A stretch of DNA of 64,000 nt from an uncultured Acidobacteriota bacterium (GTDB taxonomy: Bacteria; Acidobacteriota; Vicinamibacteria; Vicinamibacterales; UBA8438). Position 1 is the first letter of the stretch. Each line of letters starts with the position of its first letter. The notes under the pieces are model-generated. The model ran no database searches. It was not told where the DNA came from and was given only the letters and a program-made list of their open reading frames with translations. The stretch spans positions 143,797 through 207,796 of the forward strand of contig CAJWLU010000005.1 in the NCBI GenBank assembly GCA_913043225.1, in the 5' to 3' direction. Below are positions 18,631-28,525 of the stretch, piece after piece. A program made the translations under genes and the position numbers.

Positions 18631-19736
18631 CCATCGCCCGACTCACGCTCGCCCCGTCTCATCATCCGGACTGGTACCACGAGTCGATCCCGGCCCATAT
18701 TCCACTCCCCTCTTCTCCAGACCGCACGTCCCTCCCTGGCACCGCCGTGCTCTGGGGAGACCGGGGCGACGGCCCGGAACCGCTGATCTCGATAGACGCC
18801 GGCCAAGCCCACAGTCGCTTCGACTGGGACCGCTGGTCAACCCTGGTGCGAACCGAGCGCTACACCACACAGGCCCGACCGCTCTACACCCGCCTACCGT
18901 TCCACTATCACCGTATTCCCGGGAAGCTGCGACGCCTGACTGCCAAAGCTCTGCTCTCGGGTCAGGCGCCCAGCGTCGACAGCAACTCATTCCCGGCCTT
19001 CCCGATCGAGCAAGGACTCGAGCTGGTTGCCCACCTACTCGACCCGCCGGCCGCGCCATCGTCTCCCTCGGTGGTCCTGACCCACGACATCGATACCGGC
19101 GCAGGGTTCGGCTGGGTGCGCCAAACGGCCGAGATCGAGTTCGCGCACGGATTCCAGTCCACCTGGCACGTGGTCGGACAAGGAGTTCCACTCGACTACG
19201 CGGTCCTCGACTGGCTGGTCGAGCGGGGCTGCCAAGTGGGCCTGCACGGTTACAACCACGACAATAAGCTCGCGTTCTTGCCAGCGGACCAGATCCGTCG
19301 TCGGTTCGACGCCTGCCGCCCACTGATCGATCGCTACGGCATCACCTGTTTCCGGTCTCCGTCCTGGTTTCGCAGTCCGATGCTGTTTGAGGTGGCGCGC
19401 GACTACATTCAGGTCGACTACAGCCGTCTGGACACCGACCGCTCCTGCCCCGGCGGGCTCGGCGGCTGTCTCTGGACACGCCCGTTCACCCATGACGGGC
19501 TCACCCACGTCCCCACCACCGTTCCCTTCGAGGATCCGCTCTACTGGAGCGAATCCCCCGAGTCGCTGGTCGACTACTGGCGCCAGAAACTCGAATGGCT
19601 CCGTGCCTGCCATGGGGGCATCGTCGTCAACACTCATCCGGAACCGCAGTTCAGCGGGAATGCTAGAATGCTCGCCGCCTACGACAAGCTTCTCGATCTG
19701 CTGGCCGAACAGCAGAAACCTCCGGTTCCTGCCTAA
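18627..19736 (+). CDS. Polysaccharide deacetylase (NodB/CE4-like); start uncertain (CTG 18627 or GTG 18747)
   Basis: LTHDID, GLHGYNH, FRSPSW, NTHP; frame stays open upstream to a CTG overlapping the previous stop, with GAGGAG upstream. Confidence 0.78.
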   Translation: MTIARLTLAPSHHPDWYHESIPAHIPLPSSPDRTSLPGTAVLWGDRGDGPEPLISIDAGQAHSRFDWDRWSTLVRTERYTTQARPLYTRLPFHYHRIPGKLRRLTAKALLSGQAPSVDSNSFPAFPIEQGLELVAHLLDPPAAPSSPSVVLTHDIDTGAGFGWVRQTAEIEFAHGFQSTWHVVGQGVPLDYAVLDWLVERGCQVGLHGYNHDNKLAFLPADQIRRRFDACRPLIDRYGITCFRSPSWFRSPMLFEVARDYIQVDYSRLDTDRSCPGGLGGCLWTRPFTHDGLTHVPTTVPFEDPLYWSESPESLVDYWRQKLEWLRACHGGIVVNTHPEPQFSGNARMLAAYDKLLDLLAEQQKPPVPA

Positions 19737-19766
19737 CCGTTCGTCTGGCCAGGCAGGAACCGGAGG
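19719..19766. repeat. Perfect 16-bp inverted repeat (stem-loop)
   Basis: CCTCCGGTTCCTGCCT (19719-19734) / AGGCAGGAACCGGAGG (19751-19766), 16-nt loop. Confidence 0.75.
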
Positions 19767-19832
19767 AAACAGCCAAGCGGGCTGTGACCGACAAACTAAC
19801 GCCGCCAGGCGGGTGAATCGCCAGGAAACCGA

Positions 19833-20591
19833 GTGGAACCTCAGCAGTATCAGCAACTCGCGAACACCGAGGACCGTCACTGGTGGCATCGGTCACGTCA
19901 GCGGCTCGTGGCGCACCACCTGGACGGATTGGACCTCGGGCATCGTGCTAGGATTCTGGACGTCGGATGCGGCACAGGAGGAACAACCAGATTCCTGCTC
20001 GGCTACGGCTCGGTTGTGGGACTCGATCGGTCCGAACATTCACTCGCCCACGCCAGGAAAAAAGCTCCGCAGGCTATGCTCGTGCAAGGGGACGCCAACC
20101 AGCTCGGACAGCTGTTCGCGCCAGGCTCGTTCGACCTCATCACCTTCTTCAACGTGCTGTATCACCGCTGGATGGAGGACGACCAGTCCATCCTCTCCGA
20201 CGCCGCGCGTCTATTGGCGCCAGGCGGACACCTACTGCTGACCGAACCGGCCTTCCAGGTCTTGTGGCGAGAGCACGACCGCCTCGATATGGGGAAGAGA
20301 CGCTATCGCATGCGTGACTTCACCCTATTCTTCGACACCGCCGGGCTCGAATCGGTGACAGGCCAGTATTTCAACGCGCTGGCTGTCCCGGCCTGCCTGA
20401 CCCTGGCCGCCCTCGACACGCTTAAACCCCTACGCCGGGACACCTCGGCACAGTCGGGCGAAATGGCCGTCCCTGGCGAGAGGATCAACAAGGCGCTGTA
20501 CTGGTACATGGGTCTCGAAACCAGCCTCCTAAGGATGTTCCGTCTGCCGATTGGCGTCACGCTACTCACCATCGCCAGGAGACCGTCGTGA
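19833..20591 (+). CDS. Class I SAM-dependent methyltransferase
   Basis: EDRHWW..R, ILDVGCGTG, FNVLYH, HD...RRY; type commonly found in glycosylation clusters. Confidence 0.87.
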   Translation: MEPQQYQQLANTEDRHWWHRSRQRLVAHHLDGLDLGHRARILDVGCGTGGTTRFLLGYGSVVGLDRSEHSLAHARKKAPQAMLVQGDANQLGQLFAPGSFDLITFFNVLYHRWMEDDQSILSDAARLLAPGGHLLLTEPAFQVLWREHDRLDMGKRRYRMRDFTLFFDTAGLESVTGQYFNALAVPACLTLAALDTLKPLRRDTSAQSGEMAVPGERINKALYWYMGLETSLLRMFRLPIGVTLLTIARRPS

Positions 20592-21574
20592 GCACCGAGT
20601 CTACGACGACCGATCGGCCCGACATTTCGTTCGTCTCTCCGGCCTACCGGGAACCAAAGAACCTACCGGTACTGTATGACCGCATCAAGGCGGTAATGGA
20701 TAGGCTGGGACGCACGTGGGAGTGGATCATCGTCGACGACCATTCGCCGGACGAGACCTTCGACATCATCACGCAACTCGCGGCAGCCGACCCGCGGGTC
20801 CGCGGCGTCCGGCTGGCACGGAACTACAGCTCGCACACGGCGATCACCTGTGGCCTGCATCAGGCGGCTGGCGCGTGCGCGGTGGTCCTCGCCGCCGACC
20901 TGCAGGATCCCCCAGAGATAGTCCCCGAGCTGATCGAGCCCTGGGAACGGGGTGCCCAGGTGGTCTGGGCGGTCCGAGGGAAGCGCCTGGGCGAAAAGCG
21001 TAGGACCGTCTTCTTCGCGCGCCTCTTCTACATCCTGGTACGCAACTTCGTCGGTATGAAGGAGATGCCGGCGACAGGCGCCGACTTCTTCCTCTTGGAC
21101 CGGCGGGCCATCGACGGATTCTGCCAGTTTGGCGAAACCAACGTCCACATCCTCGCCCTGATCACGTGGATGGGGTTCCGTCAGGAAACCATCGTCTACA
21201 CGAAGCAGGCGCGGCTGCACGGAAAGTCAGCGTTTAACTTTGAGAAGCGGATGCAGCTCGTGCTTGACTGCATCACCTCCTTCACGACGCGCCCGATCCG
21301 GTTGATGGGACTGATCGGGTTCCTGGTATCGCTGGTCGGTTTCGTCCTCGCGGGGCGGATCATCTGGGAAGTGTTCGTGCTGGACACCGGTCCGCCGGAA
21401 GGATACGCGTCGCTTATGGTCGCCGTACTCGTGATCGGCGGCATCCAGATGCTGATGATGGGAGTTCTCGGCGAGTATCTCTGGCGAGCCTTGGACGAGG
21501 CGCGTCGCCGCCCCCGCTTCCTCATTGAAGCGCATACCTCCTCTCCACCCAACTCCCCGTCGGCGCCGAAGTAA
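20588..21574 (+). CDS. GT2 polyprenol-phosphate glycosyltransferase (GtrB/ArnC-like)
   Basis: PAYRE, VDDHSPD, LARNY, ADLQDPPE, two C-terminal TM helices, GEYLWR...RP.F. Confidence 0.9.
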   Translation: MSTESTTTDRPDISFVSPAYREPKNLPVLYDRIKAVMDRLGRTWEWIIVDDHSPDETFDIITQLAAADPRVRGVRLARNYSSHTAITCGLHQAAGACAVVLAADLQDPPEIVPELIEPWERGAQVVWAVRGKRLGEKRRTVFFARLFYILVRNFVGMKEMPATGADFFLLDRRAIDGFCQFGETNVHILALITWMGFRQETIVYTKQARLHGKSAFNFEKRMQLVLDCITSFTTRPIRLMGLIGFLVSLVGFVLAGRIIWEVFVLDTGPPEGYASLMVAVLVIGGIQMLMMGVLGEYLWRALDEARRRPRFLIEAHTSSPPNSPSAPK

Positions 21575-21589
21575 ACCGATGACCGATAC

Positions 21590-21611
21590 GCCTCCCGCCC
21601 GGCGGGAGCGT
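21590..21611. terminator. GC-rich hairpin between convergent operons
   Basis: CTCCCGCC/GGCGGGAG inverted repeat between stops at 21574 and 21668; no clear U-tract. Confidence 0.45.
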
Positions 21612-21667
21612 CTCGCCGTGGCCTGCCTGGCCAAGGCCGCCGCGCAGTACGAACTGCTGGACCCAGA

Positions 21668-22213
21668 CTAGCCGTGGTCTTTCCGTGCCTTCGGCTTGTA
21701 GTACTTCCGGTAGTCCTGGACTACCCCTCGTCTGAAGAACCAGGCCCCAAGCGGCCCCAGCCACCGGAGTACGAAGTGCATGTGGCGCAGGTCGGTCAAC
21801 TCGATCAGGTTGCCGTCAGGATCCTTCACGAAGAAGAGAGTATGTCCGTGAGGCGAGCGCTCGACCGGACTGACCATCTCCACCCCCCGCGCCTTGAGAT
21901 GGTCATACCAGCGCCGAATGTTCCGGACGTCGAAACAGAGGTGCGTCAAGCCCACCTGGTTCCAGGCGACGCCGGCCGGCGCTTGGTCGGGACGGAACTC
22001 GAAGATCTCGATCACGGCCCCGCCGGGAACCCGGATCCAACCGATCTTGCAGGTCGGGTGTTTAGCATCGACACCGAAGAACGCCTTCACGCGTTCTTCG
22101 GGCGCGTCGGACACCCCCACCAGGGGACACCCGAAGACCTCCCAGTAGAACTTCACCGCCCGGTTGAAGTCGGCCACGGTGATCCCGACGTGATTGAACG
22201 ATCGGACGCGCAC
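21668..22213 (-). CDS. VOC/glyoxalase family protein
   Basis: FNHVGITV, FY..VFG, IEIFEF, HLCFDV, FFVKDPDGNLIEL; GTG start with AGGAG. Confidence 0.87.
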   Translation of the reverse strand: MRVRSFNHVGITVADFNRAVKFYWEVFGCPLVGVSDAPEERVKAFFGVDAKHPTCKIGWIRVPGGAVIEIFEFRPDQAPAGVAWNQVGLTHLCFDVRNIRRWYDHLKARGVEMVSPVERSPHGHTLFFVKDPDGNLIELTDLRHMHFVLRWLGPLGAWFFRRGVVQDYRKYYKPKARKDHG

Positions 22214-22226
22214 GCCTCTCTCCTTC

Positions 22227-23789
22227 CTACCCGGACTCGCCCTGCGCCATTTCCACCTGATCGCCGACACCGGTCGGACGTCGCCACTCTGTGTCGCGAA
22301 TATGGTCGGCCACCCGTAGCGCCTGAGCCACGATCGTCAGCCCGGGGTTCACCGCAGCCGAGGAGGGAAAGAACGACGCATCGACAACGAACAGGTTCTC
22401 CACATCGTGAGTCCGGCAGTACGGATCAAGTACCGACACGGCCGGATCGGTCCCGAAGCAGGCCGTCCCGCACTGGTGTGTCGTGTTAGCGGTGTTATGG
22501 GAATGCACATACTGGATGTACATCCCGAGGCCGCGTAGCATCGCTCGAACTTCCTCAACGAGGCGCCGGTGCGCGCCCTCGTTGGTCGGGCGATAGGTCA
22601 ACTGAATCTGACCATCGGCGGTCACCGTCACGCGATTGTCGGGGTCTGGCAGATCTTCGGTCATCGCCAACCAGTCAAATCCACGAGCCACCCAGTAGTC
22701 GTAGAATGCCCGCGGCACGATCGGCACCACTGTCTGAGCCATGACCCCGTGCGTCCGTCCCTGTGACTGGATCTGCCCCAGTGGATGTCCGCCGTCCGGC
22801 CCCTTGAGGTAGAAGTCGTTGATGGCCACGGTTTTCTGGAACACCGTGGGATTCCGGCGAAACGGATGGAAGCCAGCCATCATCGTGGCCAGGTGCGCCA
22901 TGTACCGGCGCCCGACGAGACCGGACGAGTTTCCGACCCCGTCGGGATGGGTACCGTTTGCCGAACCAAGCAGCAGCGCGGCGGAGTTCACGGCGCCGCA
23001 ACACACCGCCACCAGATCCGCTTCTACGGACGTCCGGTCGTCCCCTCGTGCCACGACCACTCCGACCACACGTCGACCGGAACCATCGGTCTGCAGCCGC
23101 TCCACGAGGGCACCGGTCCACAGCGTCACATTCGGGTAGGAAGCCAGCGGCCGGACGCAACACACGTCGGCGTCGCTCTTGGCTTCGCGGTGACACGGAA
23201 ACGAGTTACACGTGTCGCAGAGCACACACCCGTCCGGCGCGCCAATGTCGCGCAGGCCGAGCGGGAGCGGCGAAGGGTGCAGGCCTTGGGCTCGGATCCT
23301 CTCCAGGTAGCCCGACACCGTGGGCTCATGGGGCACGGCTGGAAACGGGAACGGACCGCGTGGCGGCTCGGTGGGATCATCACCTGAGTCTCCGTGGACA
23401 TGGTAGAGACGCTCGGCCCGGTCGTAGTACGGCGCGAGCGTGTCGTAGTCGACCGGCCAGGCTGGCGACACGCCATCGACATGCTCGATCTCGCCGAAAT
23501 CCTCCCGGCGCAGCCGATACAACACGCCGCCCCAGAACTTGGTGTTTCCCCCGACGCAGTAATGCATGTACGGGCGGAACGGAGCGCCGGCGCCGTCGAG
23601 CCAGGAGTCGTGGGCGCGATACCTAAGGTTCTTCCAGACAGCGGCCGGGTCTCGGTTCTCCGGCTCCCGTGGAATGGTCTCCCCGCGTTCGATTAGCAGA
23701 ATGTCGGCGCCGGTCTCGGCCAGCGCATGCGCCAGTGTTCCCCCGCCGGCACCGCTGCCGATGATGACAAGGTCGAATCGACGACTCAT
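22227..23789 (-). CDS. GMC family oxidoreductase
   Basis: DLVIIGSGAGG, VGGNTKFWG, WPVDY, C..CDTCNSFPC, HQCGT, NLFVVDASFFPS, NPGLT. Confidence 0.9.
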   Translation of the reverse strand: MSRRFDLVIIGSGAGGGTLAHALAETGADILLIERGETIPREPENRDPAAVWKNLRYRAHDSWLDGAGAPFRPYMHYCVGGNTKFWGGVLYRLRREDFGEIEHVDGVSPAWPVDYDTLAPYYDRAERLYHVHGDSGDDPTEPPRGPFPFPAVPHEPTVSGYLERIRAQGLHPSPLPLGLRDIGAPDGCVLCDTCNSFPCHREAKSDADVCCVRPLASYPNVTLWTGALVERLQTDGSGRRVVGVVVARGDDRTSVEADLVAVCCGAVNSAALLLGSANGTHPDGVGNSSGLVGRRYMAHLATMMAGFHPFRRNPTVFQKTVAINDFYLKGPDGGHPLGQIQSQGRTHGVMAQTVVPIVPRAFYDYWVARGFDWLAMTEDLPDPDNRVTVTADGQIQLTYRPTNEGAHRRLVEEVRAMLRGLGMYIQYVHSHNTANTTHQCGTACFGTDPAVSVLDPYCRTHDVENLFVVDASFFPSSAAVNPGLTIVAQALRVADHIRDTEWRRPTGVGDQVEMAQGESG

Positions 23790-24778
23790 GAGCCGGTCGT
23801 CACCCCCCCCGCGGTCGCATAGATCCGCTCCATCAGACGCTGGTCCGCCATCGCCGCCTCGAGACACATCTCCGGCGCGCGGGCGCCACGGATCGCTCCG
23901 GCAAAGTCGCGATACATCGCCTGGTAGCCCCGGACATCCCGGAACCCCGGAAACAGTAGCCTCGGCCCACGAACACCGCGGACCAGGACGAACCCTCCGT
24001 TGGACTCAAAGGAAATGATGCCTCTCCGCCCGAAGAGCTTCGACACCCGGAGCCCGCGGAGCAAGGACGGGACTTCGCGCGAGTAGTAGAGGCTCCCCAC
24101 AGCGCCGTTGTCATAGCTGAAGGCGACCATCATGCTCTTCACGCGCCGGTCGGGACCCTCTGCGGACGGTATCGGTCGGAACCCGCGCACCTCGGTCATG
24201 CGCGGTCCGAGGCTGTTGGCCACGTGCAACCAGTGGATACCCTCCTCGAAGAAGGCGTCCCCTCCCGCCATGGTCTCGTCGTTTCGCCAGTCGTCAGCCT
24301 GCTTGTAGCGCTTTACCAACGTCGTGAAGTGCGCGAAGACCAACTCGCCGATCGCGTCCTCAGCCAGCAACGTCCGGAGGCATCTGGCCAACGGCTTGTA
24401 GTGGTCGTTCTCGCCTACCAGCACCACCCGCACCGCGGCGTCTCGGGCCGCCCGAACCTGTTCATAGTCCGCCAGGGTCGGAAACGCGGGCTTCTCGACC
24501 AGGACGTGCTTGCCGGCGGCGAGCGCGGCGAGCGTCCACTCGAGATGGAACCGGGGCGGCACGGCAACCACCACGGCGTCGACCGATGGGTCCTCGAGAG
24601 CCGCCTGGTAGCTGCCGTAGCTGCGAACTCCGAAGAAACGTCCTCTCCAAGCTTCCGCCTTGGCGGCATCTCGGCTAGCGTAGCTGCACCGCACCAAATC
24701 GGAGAGGCGCTTAAGGTGCCGGCTGTGAACGCCGGTGATAAACCCACAGCCGAGGAACGCAACATGGATCGGTGACAT
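23786..24778 (-). CDS. Gfo/Idh/MocA family oxidoreductase
   Basis: FLGCGFI, GKHVLVEKP, GGDAFFEEGIHW. Confidence 0.88.
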   Translation of the reverse strand: MSPIHVAFLGCGFITGVHSRHLKRLSDLVRCSYASRDAAKAEAWRGRFFGVRSYGSYQAALEDPSVDAVVVAVPPRFHLEWTLAALAAGKHVLVEKPAFPTLADYEQVRAARDAAVRVVLVGENDHYKPLARCLRTLLAEDAIGELVFAHFTTLVKRYKQADDWRNDETMAGGDAFFEEGIHWLHVANSLGPRMTEVRGFRPIPSAEGPDRRVKSMMVAFSYDNGAVGSLYYSREVPSLLRGLRVSKLFGRRGIISFESNGGFVLVRGVRGPRLLFPGFRDVRGYQAMYRDFAGAIRGARAPEMCLEAAMADQRLMERIYATAGGVTTGS

Positions 24779-24793
24779 GAGCCCCTCGGCCGG

Positions 24794-27496
24794 CTACTCC
24801 AGCGACACCGAGACGGTGCATCCGAGCATCCGCCGGTCGGTAGATTCCGGGTCCACTTCGGCCGGCACGAAACCTGTTTCTGGCGCCAAGCTGACGGCAA
24901 CCAGACGACCATTTGATTCGACTGGCACGATCAACTCACTGGCCGCCCAGGCCTCGAGCTCAAGCGTCTCGCTCACGGTGCCGGCCGTGACCGTGATCCG
25001 ATTCGCCACCCCGCCATTGCGAACCGTCAGCCTTACAGCATCCGCGTTCCCTGGCGCCACCATCCACTCCGATACCCGCCCCCCCTGAACCCAGCTATTC
25101 TCCGTCTCAACGTAGGTGAACCGATCGAGAAAGAACAGAAAGCCACCGGTCGCCGCGGCGAGCGGCTTCAGCGACCGGATACGACCCACGTCGCGCTTCA
25201 TGTCCGGAGCCACGACAGCGCGCGGCACCACCGCCACCGCCGAGATGCGCTCGGCTAGCTCCGGTGTAGTTGCTCCGACACGGAGCGCGGTCAGATCGAC
25301 CGGAAGCTCGAACCCTACGACCGCGGGGGTCATCCGACGGCCGTCAGTCGTGACCACGGTACCGTTCGTCCGGTCGTAGGAGAGGAACACCTCCCCCTCG
25401 ACCTGCTGCCGTTCCGAAAACCAGACGAGCAAGTCATACTGGCCGGCCGGCAGATCGAACGCCGGGGTGAGTTCAGCGGGATTGGAAACCGCCCCTGGGG
25501 TGAACCGATACTCGACGGAGGCCCGCTCCAGAAGAGTGGGCTCGTCGAGCCAGCCGGCTCCGCCATATTCGTACGCGTGCAGACTCGGCCCAGGGTAGGC
25601 ATGAAGCAGCTGTTGGCGTCCCACACCCGCGGCCGTCGCCGCCCGCGCGCTGGGAAGCGCCGAGGCGGCGAGGAGACTCCCCGACGCCAGGAACACCAGT
25701 CCGGCAGTCACCGCGCTCCAGTACGGGCCGACCGCCACCCGACGAACCGCCAGCGCGGCGATGACACCAGCCACCACCCAGACCAGCATGGCAGGCAGCT
25801 GGACGAGGATGGCCGGATCGATAAAGCTCGGCAGCGCCGCAGTGAGCGGCGCGCTTCCCTGTAACGACTCAACGAGCCGCCCCGTGCCGTCGCGGTCGTT
25901 ATACATGAGCCTGGCCGCCGGATACGCCAGCACCGCCGCGAAGGTCAGGACGCTGTAGCCGAGTCCGAGCGCCATGGCGCCTCTGGCCGGCGCGCCATCG
26001 AACACGCGCCAGGCGTAGGCCAGCATCGGTCCCAGTAGAGGCAACAGCGGGACGATGAATCGCGCCGGGACGCTGGTGCCGCCCCACCACATGTAGTACT
26101 GCGTGGTGCTGGCCAGGAACGGCACGATCACCAACACGCTCCCCATGAGATACCAGCGCAGGCCCCGGTCACGCGCCATGGCCCAGGCACCGCAGAGCGC
26201 AGCCGCGAAGATCGGCGTGTAGGGCAACAAGCCGTACTCCTGATCGAACGCCAACCCGAGCACCCCGCGGGGGATGTTGAACAGATCCAGCTCTGCTCCA
26301 GACGAATAGTTATAGGCCACCGTGGGGTTAATGTCGCCGTACATCACCCAGAACGAGGCGAACCACGCCAGCGCCGAGACGCCGATCGGGGTAAGGAAGG
26401 CCACGGCCAATCGCCAGCGCGGCCAGAGCCGTTGGGCCAGCCACAGCCCCGCCACGAACAGCAACAGCGAGAACTTCATGTGCAACCAGGGCAGCAGGCT
26501 GAGCGCCAGTCCTCGCCAGATCCAGGGCCCCGCCCGCTCGGGCAAGGGTCCCAGCAGCCAGAGCACGGCCCACGCCATGAGCAAGGCGGCAGGCATCTCT
26601 GGAAACAGCAGATGGCTCTGCAGACCGAACGGGATACTCAAGGTAACGGCCGCCCAGGTCGCCACGGCGATCGCTGGCGACGACATCAGGAGGGCCGCGT
26701 CATAGACGGCCAGCGCCGCCAGCGTGGCCAGCAGCCCCACGACGGTCAGCGCGCCCCACTCTCCAGCCACCGCGTAGGCGGGCATCATGAGCGCCGGCAG
26801 GCCCGGGGCATGAATGGAATACACGATGCCATCCCGACCCCGGGCCAGATAGTGCATCGGCAGTTCGGCGTTGTTGAATGACGCGTAGTCGCGGGACTCA
26901 TGATTATTCTCGATACGCAGGTCCTGATCCGCGTAGAGACTGTGAGTAACGACCAGATAGTGAGGCTCATCGCCCCCGAATCCTTGCACCCGCTTGACGT
27001 AGTGGCCGACACCGATAAACACCACCAGGCTGGCAGCAATGACGAACCGGCGGGCCGACCACCGCCACCCCGGCCAGCGCAGCTGCCCCTGGTCACGGGC
27101 GGCCCAGGCGACCCCCGCGACTGCGGTCGCGGCCACCACCCATCGAAGTGGCCCGGCCAGCAACAACAGCAACGGCAACTCGGTCGTCAACCAGGGCAGG
27201 TAGGGCAGCACCCAGAGCCACAACAGCAGGAGCGGGGCGAGCATTCGCGCGAGAACCGGCAGGGCCCGGTCGCGCCGCCTCCACCGCAAGGCCAGCACCC
27301 AGACCAGACCGCTCCCCAGCGCACAGGCCAGGAACAACCACAGGGGCGAGACCAGGAGCGCCACTCGCGCGGGACCCTCATCGCCCCAAGCCACGATGTG
27401 CTGGGAGGCTGGTACCAGCCAGGCGGCCGCCCCCAGACCGAGGCCGACCCCTTGAAGGAGCAGGGGCACCCGCCAGTCAGATTGCGCGGGAGTCAT
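24794..27496 (-). CDS. Large polytopic membrane protein, probable GT-C glycosyltransferase with periplasmic C-terminal domains
   Basis: Many TM helices; GDEPHY loop motif, SIHAPGLP, PEMP, LPWLH.K, DQEYGLL, PARF; downstream of GT2; start moved to MTPAQ. Confidence 0.72.
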   Translation of the reverse strand: MTPAQSDWRVPLLLQGVGLGLGAAAWLVPASQHIVAWGDEGPARVALLVSPLWLFLACALGSGLVWVLALRWRRRDRALPVLARMLAPLLLLWLWVLPYLPWLTTELPLLLLLAGPLRWVVAATAVAGVAWAARDQGQLRWPGWRWSARRFVIAASLVVFIGVGHYVKRVQGFGGDEPHYLVVTHSLYADQDLRIENNHESRDYASFNNAELPMHYLARGRDGIVYSIHAPGLPALMMPAYAVAGEWGALTVVGLLATLAALAVYDAALLMSSPAIAVATWAAVTLSIPFGLQSHLLFPEMPAALLMAWAVLWLLGPLPERAGPWIWRGLALSLLPWLHMKFSLLLFVAGLWLAQRLWPRWRLAVAFLTPIGVSALAWFASFWVMYGDINPTVAYNYSSGAELDLFNIPRGVLGLAFDQEYGLLPYTPIFAAALCGAWAMARDRGLRWYLMGSVLVIVPFLASTTQYYMWWGGTSVPARFIVPLLPLLGPMLAYAWRVFDGAPARGAMALGLGYSVLTFAAVLAYPAARLMYNDRDGTGRLVESLQGSAPLTAALPSFIDPAILVQLPAMLVWVVAGVIAALAVRRVAVGPYWSAVTAGLVFLASGSLLAASALPSARAATAAGVGRQQLLHAYPGPSLHAYEYGGAGWLDEPTLLERASVEYRFTPGAVSNPAELTPAFDLPAGQYDLLVWFSERQQVEGEVFLSYDRTNGTVVTTDGRRMTPAVVGFELPVDLTALRVGATTPELAERISAVAVVPRAVVAPDMKRDVGRIRSLKPLAAATGGFLFFLDRFTYVETENSWVQGGRVSEWMVAPGNADAVRLTVRNGGVANRITVTAGTVSETLELEAWAASELIVPVESNGRLVAVSLAPETGFVPAEVDPESTDRRMLGCTVSVSLE

Positions 27497-27515
27497 GAAG
27501 GGTCCCGGAGCGCTC

Positions 27516-28493
27516 CTACTCAGGCACCGCGGCCGGCTCGTCGACCGGGCGGTCAAGCAACTCCCGGATGTAGTACGTGGGTTTCCCCTGGGACTCGTGG
27601 TAGGTGCGCGCCTGCATCTCGGCCAGCAACCCCAACGTGACCAACTGAACCCCTGTAAACGCGAGCAGAATCCCAAGTAGGAGCAGCGGTCGGTCCCCGA
27701 TGGCCTGCGCCTCGAACAGCCGCACATACCCGAGGTAGGCGGTAATGAGCACCCCGGCCCCTCCCATCGCAAGACCGACAAGGCCGAAGATCTGGAGCGG
27801 CCGGGTCGAATAGCTCAGCAGGAACTTAACGGTCGCCAGGTCCAGGAGGACCCGGATCGTCCGCGAGATGCCATACTTCGAGCGGCCGTGCTGTCTGGCT
27901 CGATGGTTTACCACGACCTCGGCAATGCGCACTCCCTGTTCACTCGCAATCGCCGGGATGAACCGATGCATCTCTCCGTACAGCCGTAGCGACTTCACCA
28001 CCTCGGCCCTGAAGACCTTTAATGAACAGCCGTAGTCATGGAGGCGGACACCGGTCGCGCGAGAAATCAGCGCGTTGGCCAGGGTCGACGGCAGCCGGCG
28101 GTTAATCCAGGCGTCCTTTCGCGCCTTGCGCCAGCCGCAGACGATGTCGTACCCCTCCTCGAGCTTGTCGACCATCCGGGGGATATCGCGCAGGTCATTC
28201 TGCAGGTCACCATCCGCCGTCACAATGAGACGCCCACGCGCGCGGGCGAATCCGGCGGAGAAGGCGGCGGTCTGACCGAAATTGCGGCGAAGTCTGACTA
28301 CCCTGACCCGAGCGTCGGCGACGTGCAGCGCGCTCAGAATCGAAAAGGTCTCGTCGGTGCTCCCGTCATCGACGAGGATCACCTCGTAGGAGCGTCCCCA
28401 CGCCTCGAGGGTCTCCGTCAGCTCGCGACACAGTGCCTCGACGTTGGGCGCCTCGTCCAGGAGGGGAATGACAACCGACAGCTCTGGACCCAT
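27516..28493 (-). CDS. GT2 polyprenol-phosphate glycosyltransferase (ArnC-like)
   Basis: VDDGSTD, RRNFGQTAA, DGDLQND, LHDYGCSLK, LYGEMHRFIP, G.SKYG. Confidence 0.92.
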   Translation of the reverse strand: MGPELSVVIPLLDEAPNVEALCRELTETLEAWGRSYEVILVDDGSTDETFSILSALHVADARVRVVRLRRNFGQTAAFSAGFARARGRLIVTADGDLQNDLRDIPRMVDKLEEGYDIVCGWRKARKDAWINRRLPSTLANALISRATGVRLHDYGCSLKVFRAEVVKSLRLYGEMHRFIPAIASEQGVRIAEVVVNHRARQHGRSKYGISRTIRVLLDLATVKFLLSYSTRPLQIFGLVGLAMGGAGVLITAYLGYVRLFEAQAIGDRPLLLLGILLAFTGVQLVTLGLLAEMQARTYHESQGKPTYYIRELLDRPVDEPAAVPE

Positions 28494-28525
28494 AGAGTGG
28501 CCAGAGGATTATATAACTCCACCGC

